Notes under the pieces: model-generated | Databases searched by the model: none | The model's input: only the letters and a program-made list of their open reading frames with translations | Told to the model about the DNA's origin: nothing | Program-made: the position numbers and the translations under genes | Assembly (NCBI GenBank): GCA_951406725.2 | Contig: OX597817.1 | Span: 84,010,001-84,074,000 of the forward strand | Direction: 5' to 3' | Length of the DNA stretch: 64,000 bases | Source: Octopus vulgaris | Lineage: Eukaryota | Shown: positions 38,701 through 52,683 of the stretch, one piece after another | Position numbering within the stretch: the stretch's first letter is position 1 | Layout: each line of letters begins with the position of its first letter

Positions 38701-39569
38701 TTCCTCCTTAACACTTGTTCTCCACTGAAATTCTGTATTCTACTACATTCGGGAATTCTCGTCCCTTACACATATCTAATGTTTCTTTCCCCCTTATCTT
38801 TCCTCTTTTACCAGTCCGTCGTTATATCTCCTTCACCTTTCCCTCTCACGTATAACTGATTTACAACCCAATGCAATTGATACATTTTATAATGTCTATT
38901 TTTATAGCCTGAGAGTATCTCTTTATTCTTTTCTTACTCAAAATATGTTCCATTATGTTCAATTATATTTTGCTAACGGGATGTCAAAATATTTCATACA
39001 TTTTTATGCATGCGATCTGCGTTCTGAAACTGATACGTTTGTGAAACTTTGAAATATTACCACATTGAAAACAATACGCATGCACGCACTGATACTTCAC
39101 GTTTTCTTTATGTTTTATTCTTACTAAGTTTTCATCTCAAGAACATTTTCATTGTACATCTGCGACCTTCTCGTATGAATACCTCATGTTTTTGAGCTTT
39201 TGTTTATTTCAAGTCGCTTAGTGCTGCCATGCATGACATGTTATTGTATGTATGTGAGTGTGTACGTGAATGTGTACGCGTGTGTTCTTTTCTGTTTGTG
39301 ATGACAAGCGTTCATTAATGTATTTAGGTGTGTGTGTATGGGGAAATGAGATAGTGTGCACGCACTTGCTGGCAAACAAGAAAGAAAATATGGTCTTAGT
39401 AGAGATTGCACTTTTCTTTTTAATGAATTTCGTTCTTGTTTTCGGTACTTCTTGCCTCATTCTTTTAAATTAGATATTCCTGTCTTTAAAGATTCTTAGT
39501 ATTTCATAGTTTTCTGCTCAAATGTTTCATAATACGTTTTTATTTTTATTTTATTTTATTTTATTTTAT

Positions 39570-40200
39570 TTTATTTTTTCTGATGGAGTGGTTTCTGATT
39601 CGTGGATTCGAAAAATGTCAGATGAAAAATTTGGGTGCGGCAAATTTTCATAACCTACTTCCGTTATTTTTCGAAGTGTGAATTGAGAAGCATTTGGTCT
39701 AGCATTGTCGAAAATAAAAGTTATCCATCTCTGTTAACGAATTTTTACTGTTTTGATTTCAGATTTTCTTAGCAGAGTTATTCTGAATAATCTGATCTCC
39801 TTGTGGCAAATAAATAAATAAATAAACAATAACAATGCTGTTTGCAAATTACTGTAAATTCACTAAAGCGATTTTTTTCGTTTTTGGATGCATCGGTTCT
39901 TTTGAGAAATGTTTTAGATATTTGTCTGCATCCATCTGTTATCCAGATCGTTTATTATAGTCGAACAACATCAATTTCTCATTTGAAGTAATTATATGTT
40001 ACAAAAAATATTCATTTTTTTTTACAGAGGATTAACAGCAATGAATATCTCTAGACGGTACAATTTTTGATGTTCAAGCAGAAATTGCTTTCTTTTATCA
40101 ACTCCTTCACTCCTCCAATGACACATAAAAAGCGGGAAAAGTCATGGAATAGCAAAATTTCAGTTAATAACATATGTATTCATTCTTTGTATGTTTTATC
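39570..40200 (-). mobile_element. Highly decayed mariner remnant
   Basis: Minus strand fragments IITSNEK, FDNARP and GYENLPHP in the expected order. Confidence 0.55.
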
Positions 40201-40544
40201 AGATTCAATGGTGAATATGCCGATCTCTCTTATTTTCGTCATCGGAGAACACATCCCTTTAGACAATGTGTGCTCATAACACACGCGATCTACCCGTTTA
40301 AGGAGACTTCGAAATACTACAGTGCTTCGACTTCGTTGTGTTCCTCTTCAGTCGAAGTTATGCTGCCCGACCGATGATTATAATAAGAACATGAGCTCCT
40401 GTTTATAGGTCTCAACCAACAAATTATTTGTTAATGCACGCAGATGTCTGCTAAACAGATAATAGTTCATGGGGTCCACGTAGAACAACTAGACGTTAAA
40501 CAATAGCGTGTATATTCATTCTTAATATGTTCTGATAGGTTATG

Positions 40545-40765
40545 GTGGTGAGCTGGCAGAATCGTTAGTACGTTGGGTAAAATGCTTAGCGGCATTTCGT
40601 CCGTCTTCATGTTCTGAGTTCAAATTCCGCTGAGGTCGACTTTGCCTTTGATCCTTTCGAGATCGATAAAATAAGTACCAATTATGCACTGGGATTGATG
40701 CAATCAACTTACTCCACCACCGCCTCCAGCGAAACTGCTGGCTTTGTGCCAAAATTTGACATCAA
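40545..40765 (+). mobile_element. Meta-type SINE
   Basis: Aligns to 27907-28120. Confidence 0.82.
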
Positions 40766-41591
40766 TATGTTTTGGTAGAGTGAAATGTAAATATCTGATC
40801 TCTGTTGCTTGTGTCTTCAGTGATTCACTATGAAGGCTCTTACCTTCAATGCGGAATTTCTGAGACTATCACTGCACATATGCAGCTCTATCCAAATGCC
40901 AAATTGATGACTTTTGTTTTTTGGTAGGCGCAGTGGAATTTGTCAGACAGTCAACATGTTATCGAAATGCACAGAAATGCTTACAAGACAAACACCAGCC
41001 GGACAGTGAAGCCTGATGAATATCAAATCTATTCAAGTAATCCACGAATGGATTAACCCACTCGCTATCTATTTTCATAAATTAAAATGATTTATATCGA
41101 AAACTTGCATTTATGTGGTACATCCTAACACACACTTATCCACACACTCACACACACACACAAACACACACACACATATATTTATGTATGTATGTATGTA
41201 TTTATGTATGCATGCATACATGTATGTATGTATGTATGTATGTATATATATATACATATATATATATATATAAAACAGTGTATGAAACATACACGAAGAG
41301 AAAGGTCACCATGCTAAAAATGGCAGTCGAAGCCTAAAACCACGAAAGAATATTCTTACATTAAAGCATGTTGATTTGAGTGAATAAAATACAGTAAATC
41401 TTATTCTTATAAGTTTCGCTATAACTGACCAAATAAATCAACTGATAATTAATTGACTATTTAATCATCTGTAGCTCATCTGAAAGGTTTAGTTCGTGTA
41501 TGTTTCATACACTATTATATTTAAAAATATCTATGTCTTCTGACTATTACGCATGCTACCCACTGGTAAATAATTATTTAATAATTTTTTC

Positions 41592-41672
<81 letters not shown>

Positions 41673-41705
41673 CACAAGAAAAAAGCAACAAGAATGGATT
41701 AGTTG

Positions 41706-41801
41706 TTCAGTACAATTGTTTCATACGAAGAACAGCTTTATTAAAAGCTGCAAATATTGCAGCAAATACAAGTGTCCCGTATTCCGTATTCATCAGCCAA
41801 A
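41706..41801 (-). ncRNA. Hammerhead motif (left-arm copy, 7-nt duplication in stem II)
   Basis: Mirror of 42392-42480. Confidence 0.8.
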
Positions 41802-42391
41802 ACACATATGAATTTTCCAAACATCCTAGGGGATGAGGCTACACTCATGAAGTATCGAAGAGAGTTCTAAAAAAGCAAAGTTGGATTGTAAGCAGACTTC
41901 AAAAGTTCTCTAATGATGCACAGTTTTATAAAAGGTTTTTAAAAAAGTTTGTTAGCTTCACAGAAAAGGTAAATCCATCCATAATAATGCAGGTGTAATT
42001 TCCGGAGATATGAGGAGATAATTCATACTCAGAGACGATTAATTTATCCATAGTAATGTAGATGTAATTTCCTGATATATGAGAAGATGCTGATCACACT
42101 TCTGTTCATTTCACAAAACTACTATGTTGGAAGAAGAGATTGACTATATTGGCTAAAAGAAGTTAGTGAAGCAGAAACCGCCCAAATAGGGCATTATGGG
42201 ACAAATGAGAGGAAGGGGTGTAAGTACACAACCTACAAAGAATAGTTTATTTCTGTGGTGACAGAAAATCTAGGTCAGAGTTGCAGGAATCTGAGATTTA
42301 TAAAAGAGAACATTACTTTCGACCAACATACAGATTCGATACTTCATGAGTTAGCCTCACCCCCTAGGATGTTTGGAAAACTCATATGTGT

Positions 42392-42480
42392 TTTGGCTGA
42401 TGAATACGGGACACTTGTATTTGCTGCAATATTTGCAGCTTTTAATAAAGCTGTTCTTCGTATGAAACAATTGTACTGAA
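42392..42480 (+). ncRNA. Type-I hammerhead ribozyme with canonical core
   Basis: TTTGG-CTGATGA-ATACGGG..TTCGTAT-GAAA-CAATTG-TA-CTGAA; GUA site; ACAAUUGU palindrome; GCTGCAA/TTGCAGC hairpin within stem II. Confidence 0.88.
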
Positions 42481-42654
42481 CAACTAATCCATTCTTGTTG
42501 TTTTTTTCTTGTTTATAATCACCCCACATTATTTTATGGTTAATACCATATAGATTTCTAGTGCATCAAAGTTAAGTACCGCATTCATGTGAATTCATTG
42601 GAACTTACTTGAATCTTAATTGTTTTTACTGAAAAAAAAAAAATATATATATAT

Positions 42655-42865
42655 ATACTCTTTACTCTTTTCAGTCATTTGACTGTGGCCATGCTGGAAC
42701 ACCGCCTTTAGTCGAGCAAATCGATCCCAAGACTTATTCTTTGTAAGACTAGTACTTATTCTATCGAACCGCTAAGTTACGGAGACGTAAATACGCCAGC
42801 ATCTGTTGTCAAGTGATGTTGGGGGGACAAACACAGACGCAAACACACACACACACGCACGCACG

Positions 42866-42925
<60 letters not shown>

Positions 42926-43087
42926 CGACGGGATACTTTCAGTTTCTGTCTACCAATTCAACTCACAAGGCTTTGGTCGGGTCGGGGCTATAGTAGAAGA
43001 CACTTGCCCAAGGTACCACGCAGTGGGACTGAACCCGAAACCATGTAGTTCGTAAGCAAGCTACTTACCACACAGCCACTCCTACGC
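42655..43087 (-). mobile_element. CORE-type SINE, full length
   Basis: Aligns to 63600-64000. Confidence 0.88.
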
Positions 43088-44434
43088 TTATATATATATA
43101 TACATACAAACATATACATACACACATACATATCGTTCATTCGTTTAACGTCCGATTTTCCATTCTAGCATGAGATTAGATGGAGAATTATTTGAGGCCG
43201 AATTTTACGGCCAGAAGCTCTTCTGGTTGCCGAGCATTATTTGTTTTTCATAAGAATTATTTTCTCAAAAGCTCAATAACTGGTCACAATGTCGACATTA
43301 TCACTCTTTTGCTCAAACGGCGACAAGCATTCGCGCATGCACACAATATATCTGCTTTAAGTATGATATATATACACACACACACACATATATATATATA
43401 ATCATATGAATCTCACGAGTGGATTCCCTATGTGTTTAAATGTACACTGTATTTTATATATAATCATATATATACACACATAAACGATGAGAATCCTACA
43501 AAAATCCGTCTATCATAATCCCACGCAAGACTTTACTCGGTCCGGAAATATAAAAGAAACTAACCCAAAGTGCTGCACAGCTGAACTAAATCTGAATTTA
43601 TTGGTTTGCGAAGCGAAGTTCTTAACCTTACAGTCATACCTTCACACACACACACATACACACACACACACGTACACGTACACTTACATGTGTGTGTTTG
43701 TGTGTAGTAACAGTTTATTTTCTCTTTTTAACTAAATAAATATGTTTGTAGAAGAGTGCTAAAGATAACTAAACTGACACCAGGATTATTACTGACAGAA
43801 GTATTTTTCTTGCTTTTATTTTTCGTAAATGGAAAATTGGAAACAAAGTTTACACTGGCTAAATTCAAAGATAGACGAAACTAAGTATTGTCATCCACTA
43901 ACTACTTGTTTCTAACAGTGTCAGTATATTCATATTTGGTTGTTGGGTGAAATTAGACAACTTAATCGAGTACACAATCAGAGTGACATTAATTTCACTG
44001 ACTCTAAACGATAAAACAGGAAGTCGACGGTGAGAATCATCTTAAATGACGAAATATATGTATTTCTTATATTGAGTGATATAAATTTCCCACTCCTTGT
44101 AACGATATCATGTTTTAACTAAGCGGTTCTTATTCGTAAGTGAAAGGGTTGAGTGGTGTGTTAATTACAGACATAGAACATAGTACTACACAACTGACCA
44201 AATATAATTTGTCGCTCTTTTTGTTGGTCTCAATTAAATCCTTTTGTGAATTATGAAGATTCAGGCCCATGATCTTTTTCATTGACCCCCAAGACTGATA
44301 TGGGAGGGATGGAGAAAAGCATAAAGAATGTTAGCAATGGGCGCCTAAGGCACCTAAATGTCATGTGGTAGCGTTGAACCGGGTAACGGATTAAGTCTAC
44401 CACCTCTACCAACCCAATAAATGCAGATGTAAAA

Positions 44435-44880
44435 TTGGTTTCAAATTTTGGTACAAGGCCAGCAAGGGGACAAGTCGATTGCAAAGGGAGGGGGAAGTCG
44501 ATTACATCAATCCCAATGCTCAACTGGTACTTATTTTTTTGGCTCCGAAAGGATGAAAGGCAAAGTCGACCTCAGCGGAATCTGAACTCAGAACACGAAG
44601 TTGGACGAAATGCCGATAAGCATTTCTTCTGGCGTGCTAATCATTCTGCCAGTTCGCAATTCAACCATTGAGAGTAAGTCGATACCATCGACCTTGTGGC
44701 TAGCCTGATGACTAAACCTTATGACTAGACTGGCACTTTATTTCATCGACCCCGGAAGCATGAAACATAAGCTTGACTATAAGCTTGACGCAGAAAGTAA
44801 AGAGCCGGACAAAATACGGCAAAAAAAAACCGAACACTTTTTACAAAAACTAATTATTTTGCTAATCCATCACCCTTGAA
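44435..44880 (-). mobile_element. Meta-type SINE (44435-44655) plus an adjacent older copy
   Basis: CCGAAAGGATGAAAGGCAAAGTCGACCTCAGCGGAA. Confidence 0.75.
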
Positions 44881-45199
44881 GTACAGATACAATTATTTGA
44901 TGAAGTAAACTTTATCAAAATTTCTAATCGTGGTGTGCTAACCGAAATTCATCTTAATTTAGATAGTTGTTATTTTTACGAATCTTTCTTGTGTATCCTC
45001 CATTTTCCTATATTCTAGAAAACAAAAAAACCGATACTTTTCTTTAATGCTGCTATAATCTACCTTCTGGCTATAAAACGCAACACAGATGCCATTCATA
45101 AGTCACTACACTGTAAATCATTCTTGCCTTTCATATCGCTACTGCATTTTTCTTCATTTTTCCATAATTCAGTTTCCAGTTTAGTATTTATTTTTTCTG

Positions 45200-45278
<79 letters not shown>

Positions 45279-45516
45279 TTCATTCTTTCTCGTTCGCTCT
45301 CCCCGTTCTCTCTCTATTTACTTTGTATGTGAAGAGTTTTTTCTCTAAATTATACACATGGCTGATATAAGTGTTAAAATGTTATTTCAATCTTGATCTG
45401 TCCATCTATTTATGTATCATCGATTAATATTTAATCTACATATTTCTAAAAGTTCAGATATAAACAATTCACAACACTGAGCCTGCATATAATTAATATC
45501 TAATTACTTTTATATA

Positions 45517-46414
45517 TTGGGTCATCCCATAAATAATGCGGTTTTTTATACTTCTTATATTTTTCATAATTACGATAAACAAAGTTCTTTTTTAATCTAA
45601 AATATACTCTTCTTCATTTTCTACAATGCTCTTCCATCTATCTGGCAGATTTGCAAAATTCACTTGTAACGAAAAATACTTCCCCAGTACTGTTCTGGCC
45701 TCGTCTACAGAATTCATATTTTTTCCGTCCAAATGATTTTGCTGACTGCGGAATAAATGATAATCAGATGGGACAATGTCTGGCGAATATGGTGGGTGGG
45801 GCATCGTTTCCCATTTACACTCCTCCAACCTTTGGAATGTCATCCTCGCTGTATGTGGTCGAGCATAATCCTGATGGAAGTACATCTTTCGTCTTGAAAC
45901 CAAAGATGGTCGGTTTTTTTTCTAGCACTGACTTAAATGACTGGTTGAATGACCAAATCAAAGCTTCTCTGCTAATTCCTCATTAGTTACCATGGGGTTT
46001 TGTTCCACTAGGAGGTCCTCGTCGAGCTCTACAAATCTTCCAGGATGTGGCTCGTCTTCTAGGTTGTAGTTTCCGGCATGGAATTTCTGGAACCACCGTT
46101 GACACTGCCTTACGCTTATTGTCCGATCCCCATATACTGCATTAATATTCCTTGCACTTTCCTTTGCGTTGTTGCCTTTATTGAACCCATAAAGCAAAAT
46201 ATGCCGAATATGCTCCTTTGTCACTTTCATTATAGCTTTGAAAAAATAATTGTTAAAATCGAACTGCACTCTTCAAAACTTGCACTAAGAATAAGTACAA
46301 AGTAAAATTACTACCTACTTTTATGGCAAGTTGATGCAGGTAGTTTATCCCATTTCCCCTCCGACTTTTAGCTCATGCAGTTGAAAAAACTGCATTATTT
46401 ATTGGATGACTCAG
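45517..46414 (-). mobile_element. Mariner, internally deleted (second family)
   Basis: MKVTKEHIRHILLY..RQCQRWFQKF and FHQDYARPH..YSPDIVPSDYHLF; TIRs GTCATCC(C/A)ATAAATAATGC; TA flanks. Confidence 0.93.
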
Positions 46415-47287
46415 TATATGTTCAATGAAGTTATACTTCTCGTGTAAGTAATCTAATATCTGGAAGGTTTGTTCATTTTTGTGTGTTCGTGTCATACAAT
46501 TAAACAGAATATTTCCTTCCTAAGCAGTTTTCCTGGCGTGCTTACGATTTTGCCACCCCGCCGCACTAAGAAAAAGCAATATTAACAACGCTAAAACTGG
46601 GTTTTCAAATCTGTTATCGCTATGTTTCTGGCACTAAATTATTTTCTTGCCTAAATTGTGAAGACTTGTGCCTATATTAGAAATCAATAGATATTGATTT
46701 TCTCTATGACTATATTTCTTGGCTTTGTAGACAAAAAGTAATATAATTTGTCAGACGTTGTAAGCCACGTCAAAAGTCAGGACGAATCTGAAATTAATCG
46801 GCAAGCAATTAAGGATTAAATATTTATATTGTGTATGCTCTTTCGATGAATCTAGTATAGTTTTAAATCAATATTTTAAGTGAATTTTCTAATTGATATT
46901 AGAATATCAAATTAATATTCTAAGGATATTGATATTTTTAAAGATATCTCTGGAATTACTAAACCTATCTTCATAAAACTATCTTAGAGAAAATTTACCC
47001 AATACATACAGGCATACATACATGCGTTAACATATAAACGCACACACGTACATACATACATACATACATACATACATACATACATACATACATGTATGTC
47101 TTCGTTTAGTTTCACTTCAAGATTTCTTGCCTATAGAGAAAGAGCCGGTTTCTAACCTAGCTTCAAGGCTCCTTCATTGGAATTTCAACATCAACAACAG
47201 GGTGTCTGTGTATGTATGTATGTATGTATGTATGTATGTATGTATGTATGTATGTATGTATGTATGTATGTATGTATGTATGTATGT

Positions 47288-47683
47288 AGGCGCAGGAGTG
47301 GCTGTATGACAAGTAGCTTGCTTTCCAACGACATAGTTCCAGGTTCGGTCCCTCTCCGTGGCACCTTGGGAAAGTGTCTTTTACTATAGCCTCGGGCAGA
47401 CCAAAGCCTTGTGAGTGGATTTGGCAGACGGAAACTGAAAGAAGCCCGTCGTATATATGTATATATATGCATGTGTGTGTATTTGTTTGTGTGTCTGTGT
47501 TTGTCCCTCTACATCGCTTGACAACCGATGCTGGTGTGTTTGCGTCCCCGTGACTTGGCGGTCCAGCAACAGAGCCCGATAGAATAAAGTACTAGGCTTA
47601 GTAGGATAAGTACTGGGGTCGATTTGCTCGACTAAAGGCGGTGCTCCAGCATAGCCACAGTCAAATGACTGAAACAAATAAAA
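47288..47683 (+). mobile_element. CORE-type SINE, full length
   Basis: GGCGCAGGAGTGGCTGT head, GGTTCGGTCCC B-box, ACCTTGGGAAAGT. Confidence 0.88.
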
Positions 47684-47771
47684 GAGTATGTATTTATATG
47701 TGCAGATTTGTATGTTTTGCTTTATGTATGTATTCTCATGCATATAGTTGCATATCTAGACATGCTCATAT

Positions 47772-48395
47772 ATATTTAAATGATAAACTTCTGGATAGTT
47801 TTACAGTCTTTTACAGTTCCAGTGATGGACTGGATCTGTAGTCTTCGAATTAGCTTTCTTCTTTCTGGTTTTGAGAAGCCTAATTTCTCAAGATTGGTGT
47901 TTAGGCAGTGTGTTACATATCCCAGGGCCCCAATAATTACAGGTATAAACCTGAACTTGTAATCTGGATAGAATAACTGCCGATTTCTCAGTAGTTCAGC
48001 ATAGGTATTATCCTTTTCACTGATTTTCAGCTTTATGTAAATATCCTCAGAGTAGCACAACTGTACACAGCTTCTCTTCTCTATCCCAAATCATTATATC
48101 AGGTCTGTTGTGCTTACATTTTATTGGGATAATCACTAAGACCATTCCACCAGTGCTCCTTTTTATTATGAGTGGATATGGCTTCTACCATACTGCCGGT
48201 TCTTATTTCTTTGTCTCCGGGGTTATCCTTCCGACGGATTTCTTGATAGAATGTCCTAGCTACAACACCATGTCGCATCGGCAGATAATACCGTGATATT
48301 TTCGGCCAACTGCTTAGGATGTAGGTGATACCTTCGGTGTTAACTCCACAAAGCCTGCATCGGTTGTCATATTTTACTGCTTTTCCTGCATCTCT
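47772..48395 (-). mobile_element. RLE-type non-LTR retrotransposon (R4/Dong-like) 3' fragment
   Basis: CRLCG..EGITYILS zinc knuckle, RH, RPDIMIWD, and RFIPVIIGALG restriction-like endonuclease motifs. Confidence 0.85.
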
Positions 48396-48518
48396 ATCCC
48401 TTTTGTGCCTCAGCATGTATGTATGCATCTATGTATGTCTCTATGTATGTATGTATGTATGTATGTATGTATGTATGTATGTATGTATGTATGTATGTAT
48501 GTATGCATGCATGCATGC

Positions 48519-48553
<35 letters not shown>

Positions 48554-48569
48554 TGTAGGTAGGTATGTA

Positions 48570-49025
48570 TGTGGCTGTGTGGAAAGAAGTTTGCTTTCCA
48601 ACTATATGGTTCCGAGTTTAGTCCTAGTTCATGGCACCTTCGACAAGAATCTTCTACTATAGCTCCGGGCCGACTACTGCCTTGTGAGTTGATTTGGTAG
48701 ATGGAAACTGAATGAAGTTCGTCGTGTGTGTGTGTGTGTGTGTTTGTGTGTGTGTGAATGTGTGTGTATGTGTTTGTTTGTGTGTGTGTGCGTGTGTGTG
48801 TGTTTGTGTGTGTGTATACGTCTGTGGTGGGCATGTATGTATGTGTCCTTGTGTTTGTGCTCGTTCTCCCACCACCGCTTGACGATTGGTGATGGTGTGT
48901 TTTCATCCACGTAACTTTGAGTTCCGGCAAAACAGACCGATAGAATAAATACTAGGCTTCGAAGGAAATAATTGCTGAAGTCAAAGTTCTTCAACATATG
49001 CTGCAGTCCAGTGACTGAAACAAGG
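48570..49025 (+). mobile_element. CORE-type SINE, diverged
   Basis: Aligns to 47288-47683 with an expanded (TG)n. Confidence 0.75.
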
Positions 49026-49571
49026 AAAATATTATATATATACATACATACATATATATATTATGTTTGTGTGTATATATACATGTGTGAGTGTGTGTCG
49101 GTGGAAGCAGTCACCACGTCTAAAGATGGGAATCACATCCCACCAAATTCTTGGTCAGGCCGTCATGCGTGACTACCATAGCCAGCCATCAAAGGTCTTC
49201 ACATGCTTTAGGGCCGTTCAATTGAATGCCATAAATACAACTACATCCCCGCTTTGAAAAAATAATTGTTAGATTCTTTATATTCTTTTTATATCAAACA
49301 CTTCTTGACCACAACTTTCCTCATTTCATCAAAATGTCTATGAACAACTAGCAACACACCACTAGCATCTAAATTGGAGCGAAAATGAAATGTAAATTCT
49401 ATAACTTTTGAAGCATGTTACGTCACCTGACAAGGCTCCTTGACTGTACGTTGCATCTGATGTCATTACTTTGTCCCATACCCAATAAGGAGCAGTGCAG
49501 AGGGAAGACGAAACGATTGATGTGCTAAATAAAGCTTCTGGTTACACTCTATATTCCGTTTCAATCATCTA

Positions 49572-49605
49572 ATATATATATATATATAAATATATATATA
49601 TATAC

Positions 49606-49676
<71 letters not shown>

Positions 49677-49756
49677 CATACATCTATCTTTATATACATC
49701 TATATATACATATATATTCATACATATATATACATATATATACATATATATACATA

Positions 49757-49804
<48 letters not shown>

Positions 49805-50018
49805 TACATATATACATATATATATATACATACATATATACATACATATATATATACATATATATATATACATACATATATATACATATATACATACATA
49901 TACATACATATATATATGCATACACATATATATACATATATACATATATATATACACACTTATATATACCCATACATATACATACATATATATATATATA
50001 TATATACATATATATACA
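49572..50018. repeat. Long compound (TA)n/(TACA) microsatellite
   Basis: Direct inspection; comparable tracts at 7365-7590, 51820-52305, 59820-60050, 61330-61650 and 62080-62300. Confidence 0.95.
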
Positions 50019-50045
50019 CTTAGAAGATAAGAGCAATAAGAAGTG

Positions 50046-50145
50046 GATCATTGGTGTTTGTTTCTATTAAATCTGTTTCTATTTATCAAATTGGTGTCCA
50101 TTTACATTTACCTCGTTACGTTTAATAAACATCTTCAAAATGATC
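50046..50145 (-). ncRNA. Degenerate hammerhead-like motif inverted upstream of a PLE RT
   Basis: 7-bp stem GATCATT/AATGATC closing TTGAAGA...GAAAC; U16.1 absent. Confidence 0.45.
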
Positions 50146-50199
50146 AAAAGGGAAAAAAGGCAAAGAAAAAGAAAAGGACATAGAGGATTACTACTCATA

Positions 50200-50810
50200 A
50201 ATTAACCCTACATAGCGCTCTTATTTTCGCCTAAAAACATACCGAACTAAGAATGAATGAAATTAAGGTAATCTTAGAAGCGAGAAAATGCATAATAAAT
50301 TTCAATAATAAATTATGGGTAACTTCGATATCACTATGAGAACTCCTGATTCAGTACAGGTAACCGACTTAGTAAGCATTTACTTAATATCACATATACA
50401 GGAAGAATTCCCAGAGATCAGGGGAGGCCTCTAAAGAGACGGTGTATTATTTATCCTGATGAACATTTCAAATAAGAGACTAGAACTATTAAAGAAAAAA
50501 CTATATAATTTTTTTAAAACGTTTTGGCTTAACGATTACAATAGAAAAAGAGCATAATTCTATTAACTACTTAGATGCTAACTGCAACCTAACCACAGGA
50601 TTACATAAAACCGAATACAAACCTTAGATATATAAATGCACTTAGCAGCCATCCTAACTTTATAAAAAGAGGACTAGTACAAGGCATCAGCAAGGGAATC
50701 TCACACCTCTCTTCCAACGAAGATATCTTTAATAAGTATGAAGAATTCTACAAAAGCGCATTAGAAAAAGCAGGTTATAAGCAAAAAATTAAATACCTTT
50801 ACTCAGAAAC
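50200..50810 (+). mobile_element. Hydra-like PLE reverse transcriptase pseudogene fragment
   Basis: IKVILEARKC, NFDITM..DSVQVTDLV, GGL*RDG, FGLTITIE..INYLD, YINALSSHP, ISHLSSNEDIF..ALEKAGY. Confidence 0.8.
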
Positions 50811-51816
50811 CAATAAAAATAACCCGAATAACATAAAGGTTCAAAACTATTATGATAATAGGAATTATTCCCAAAATGACTATAATAACTACAAAAACAA
50901 TAAGAACAGCATTAATAGGAATAACAGTTGTAATAACAAAAGCAGTAGGAAGAATGATAAACGGTGTCTGAATTCAGAATGTAAAGAGACGAAACTAAAC
51001 ATTCGAATGCATTTAATCTTAAACTCGAAAGTTTCTACAAACATCCTTGCTTTAGAGAGATTTTATTAGTAAATCTTTCTTGTAAGAATATTTACTAATG
51101 AGTTAATATTTTCACTCAACTAGAAACTAGAAATAAAGGAACCAGTATAAGATTAGCTTAATCTGGAAACATTTGCCAAATAATATTAAACGGCAGTAAA
51201 GCTGTTTGAACTTCGATAACTGATCGACACACTGCTAAAGTGAAGAGTGAGACGCTGAGGAATTAACATGGACTTCTCTAAAATGCTATCAGAACACTAG
51301 CAATGTAGAGGCATGATATTGTGACCAATACACTATACAATATAATCTATATGAAAGAGATTAAAATCTAAGAAATATAAGAATTTACAGTATTAAGTGA
51401 TGTACTCAACCACACATGAAAGAATAATGGTAGAAATCTCTTAAGACCTCTGTAAAATATAAGCATTTTACACACATAAGAATCTGGGACAGAAAATATG
51501 TGTACTGTAGAAGCAATCAGTTGTACAACAGACGTTAAATTACTAAAAGGAAATATTCAAAGTGTGAAATAATGAGAAATCTGCAGATACAATAACTGAG
51601 CTATAAATTTAGATTTATTCCTTTGGTTATTGGTGTATTTAGTTATGTAACTGCTTTAGTGCAAGTTTTAAGGAATTGAACCTTATAAAACCCAAAAGAG
51701 ACAGCTAACTGAGAAATTTTAATTGAAAACCAGTTTTGGAACGGTGAAAAATGTAAAATATTTCAGATGTTTAACTTACAGCAGATATACGCGTATTTGC
51801 AAACGCTGAGACCCCC

Positions 51817-51888
<72 letters not shown>

Positions 51889-52059
51889 GTGTGTGTATAA
51901 ACACATATGTACATATATATATATGTAAAATATATATATATATATATTTATAAATATATATACATATACATATATACATGTATATATATAATTATATATA
52001 CTTATATGTATAAATATATATATATGTATATATATACATATAGGTATATATGTACATAT

Positions 52060-52090
<31 letters not shown>

Positions 52091-52145
52091 TGTATACATA
52101 TATATATACATGTATATATATAAATATATATATGCATATATGTAT

Positions 52146-52180
<35 letters not shown>

Positions 52181-52255
52181 CATGTATACATATATGCATA
52201 CATATATATATATATATACATACATACATACATACATACGTACATATATACATAC

Positions 52256-52304
<49 letters not shown>

Positions 52305-52307
<3 letters not shown>

Positions 52308-52510
52308 CGGGAAGGTTTACGAAAATAAACAAAAGACGAAGGCAGGTGGAGTACAAACAAACAAATGTATTAGTATGGCGCTCAGGAATAGAAATAGAAC
52401 AAGTCTCTTACGTTTCGAGCCTACGCTCTTCGACAGAAAGATACACAGAAAAGAAACAAGGAGAGAAACAAGGAGAGAAAAAAATGTGTGTAGGAGCTAA
52501 CGGTCTATCA
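52305..52510 (-). mobile_element. Solo pLTR cassette with HHR (52403-52442)
   Basis: Near-identical to 3997-4208; ATCTTT-CTGTCGA-AGAGCGTAGGCTC-GAAA-CG-TA-AGAGAC. Confidence 0.82.
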
Positions 52511-52683
52511 TACACATATATGTGAGCAAAGTTATGTTCAAAAAGAACTATTCAAACTTTTGGGGGATCCAAAAAGAGAGAAAAGGTGATTTCTAATAAG
52601 TATTCATCATATTCATGAAAATCACCCAAAACAGGTAATAAGAATATGAAAATAATTTTTGAGGAGATTTGTTATAGGTTTAA

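Larger units (their letters stand above)
41674..42512. repeat. Inverted-repeat pLTR module, both arms carrying an HHR
   Basis: Arms 41674-41859 and 42335-42512 are near-identical reverse complements; (TA)n on the left. Confidence 0.92.
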
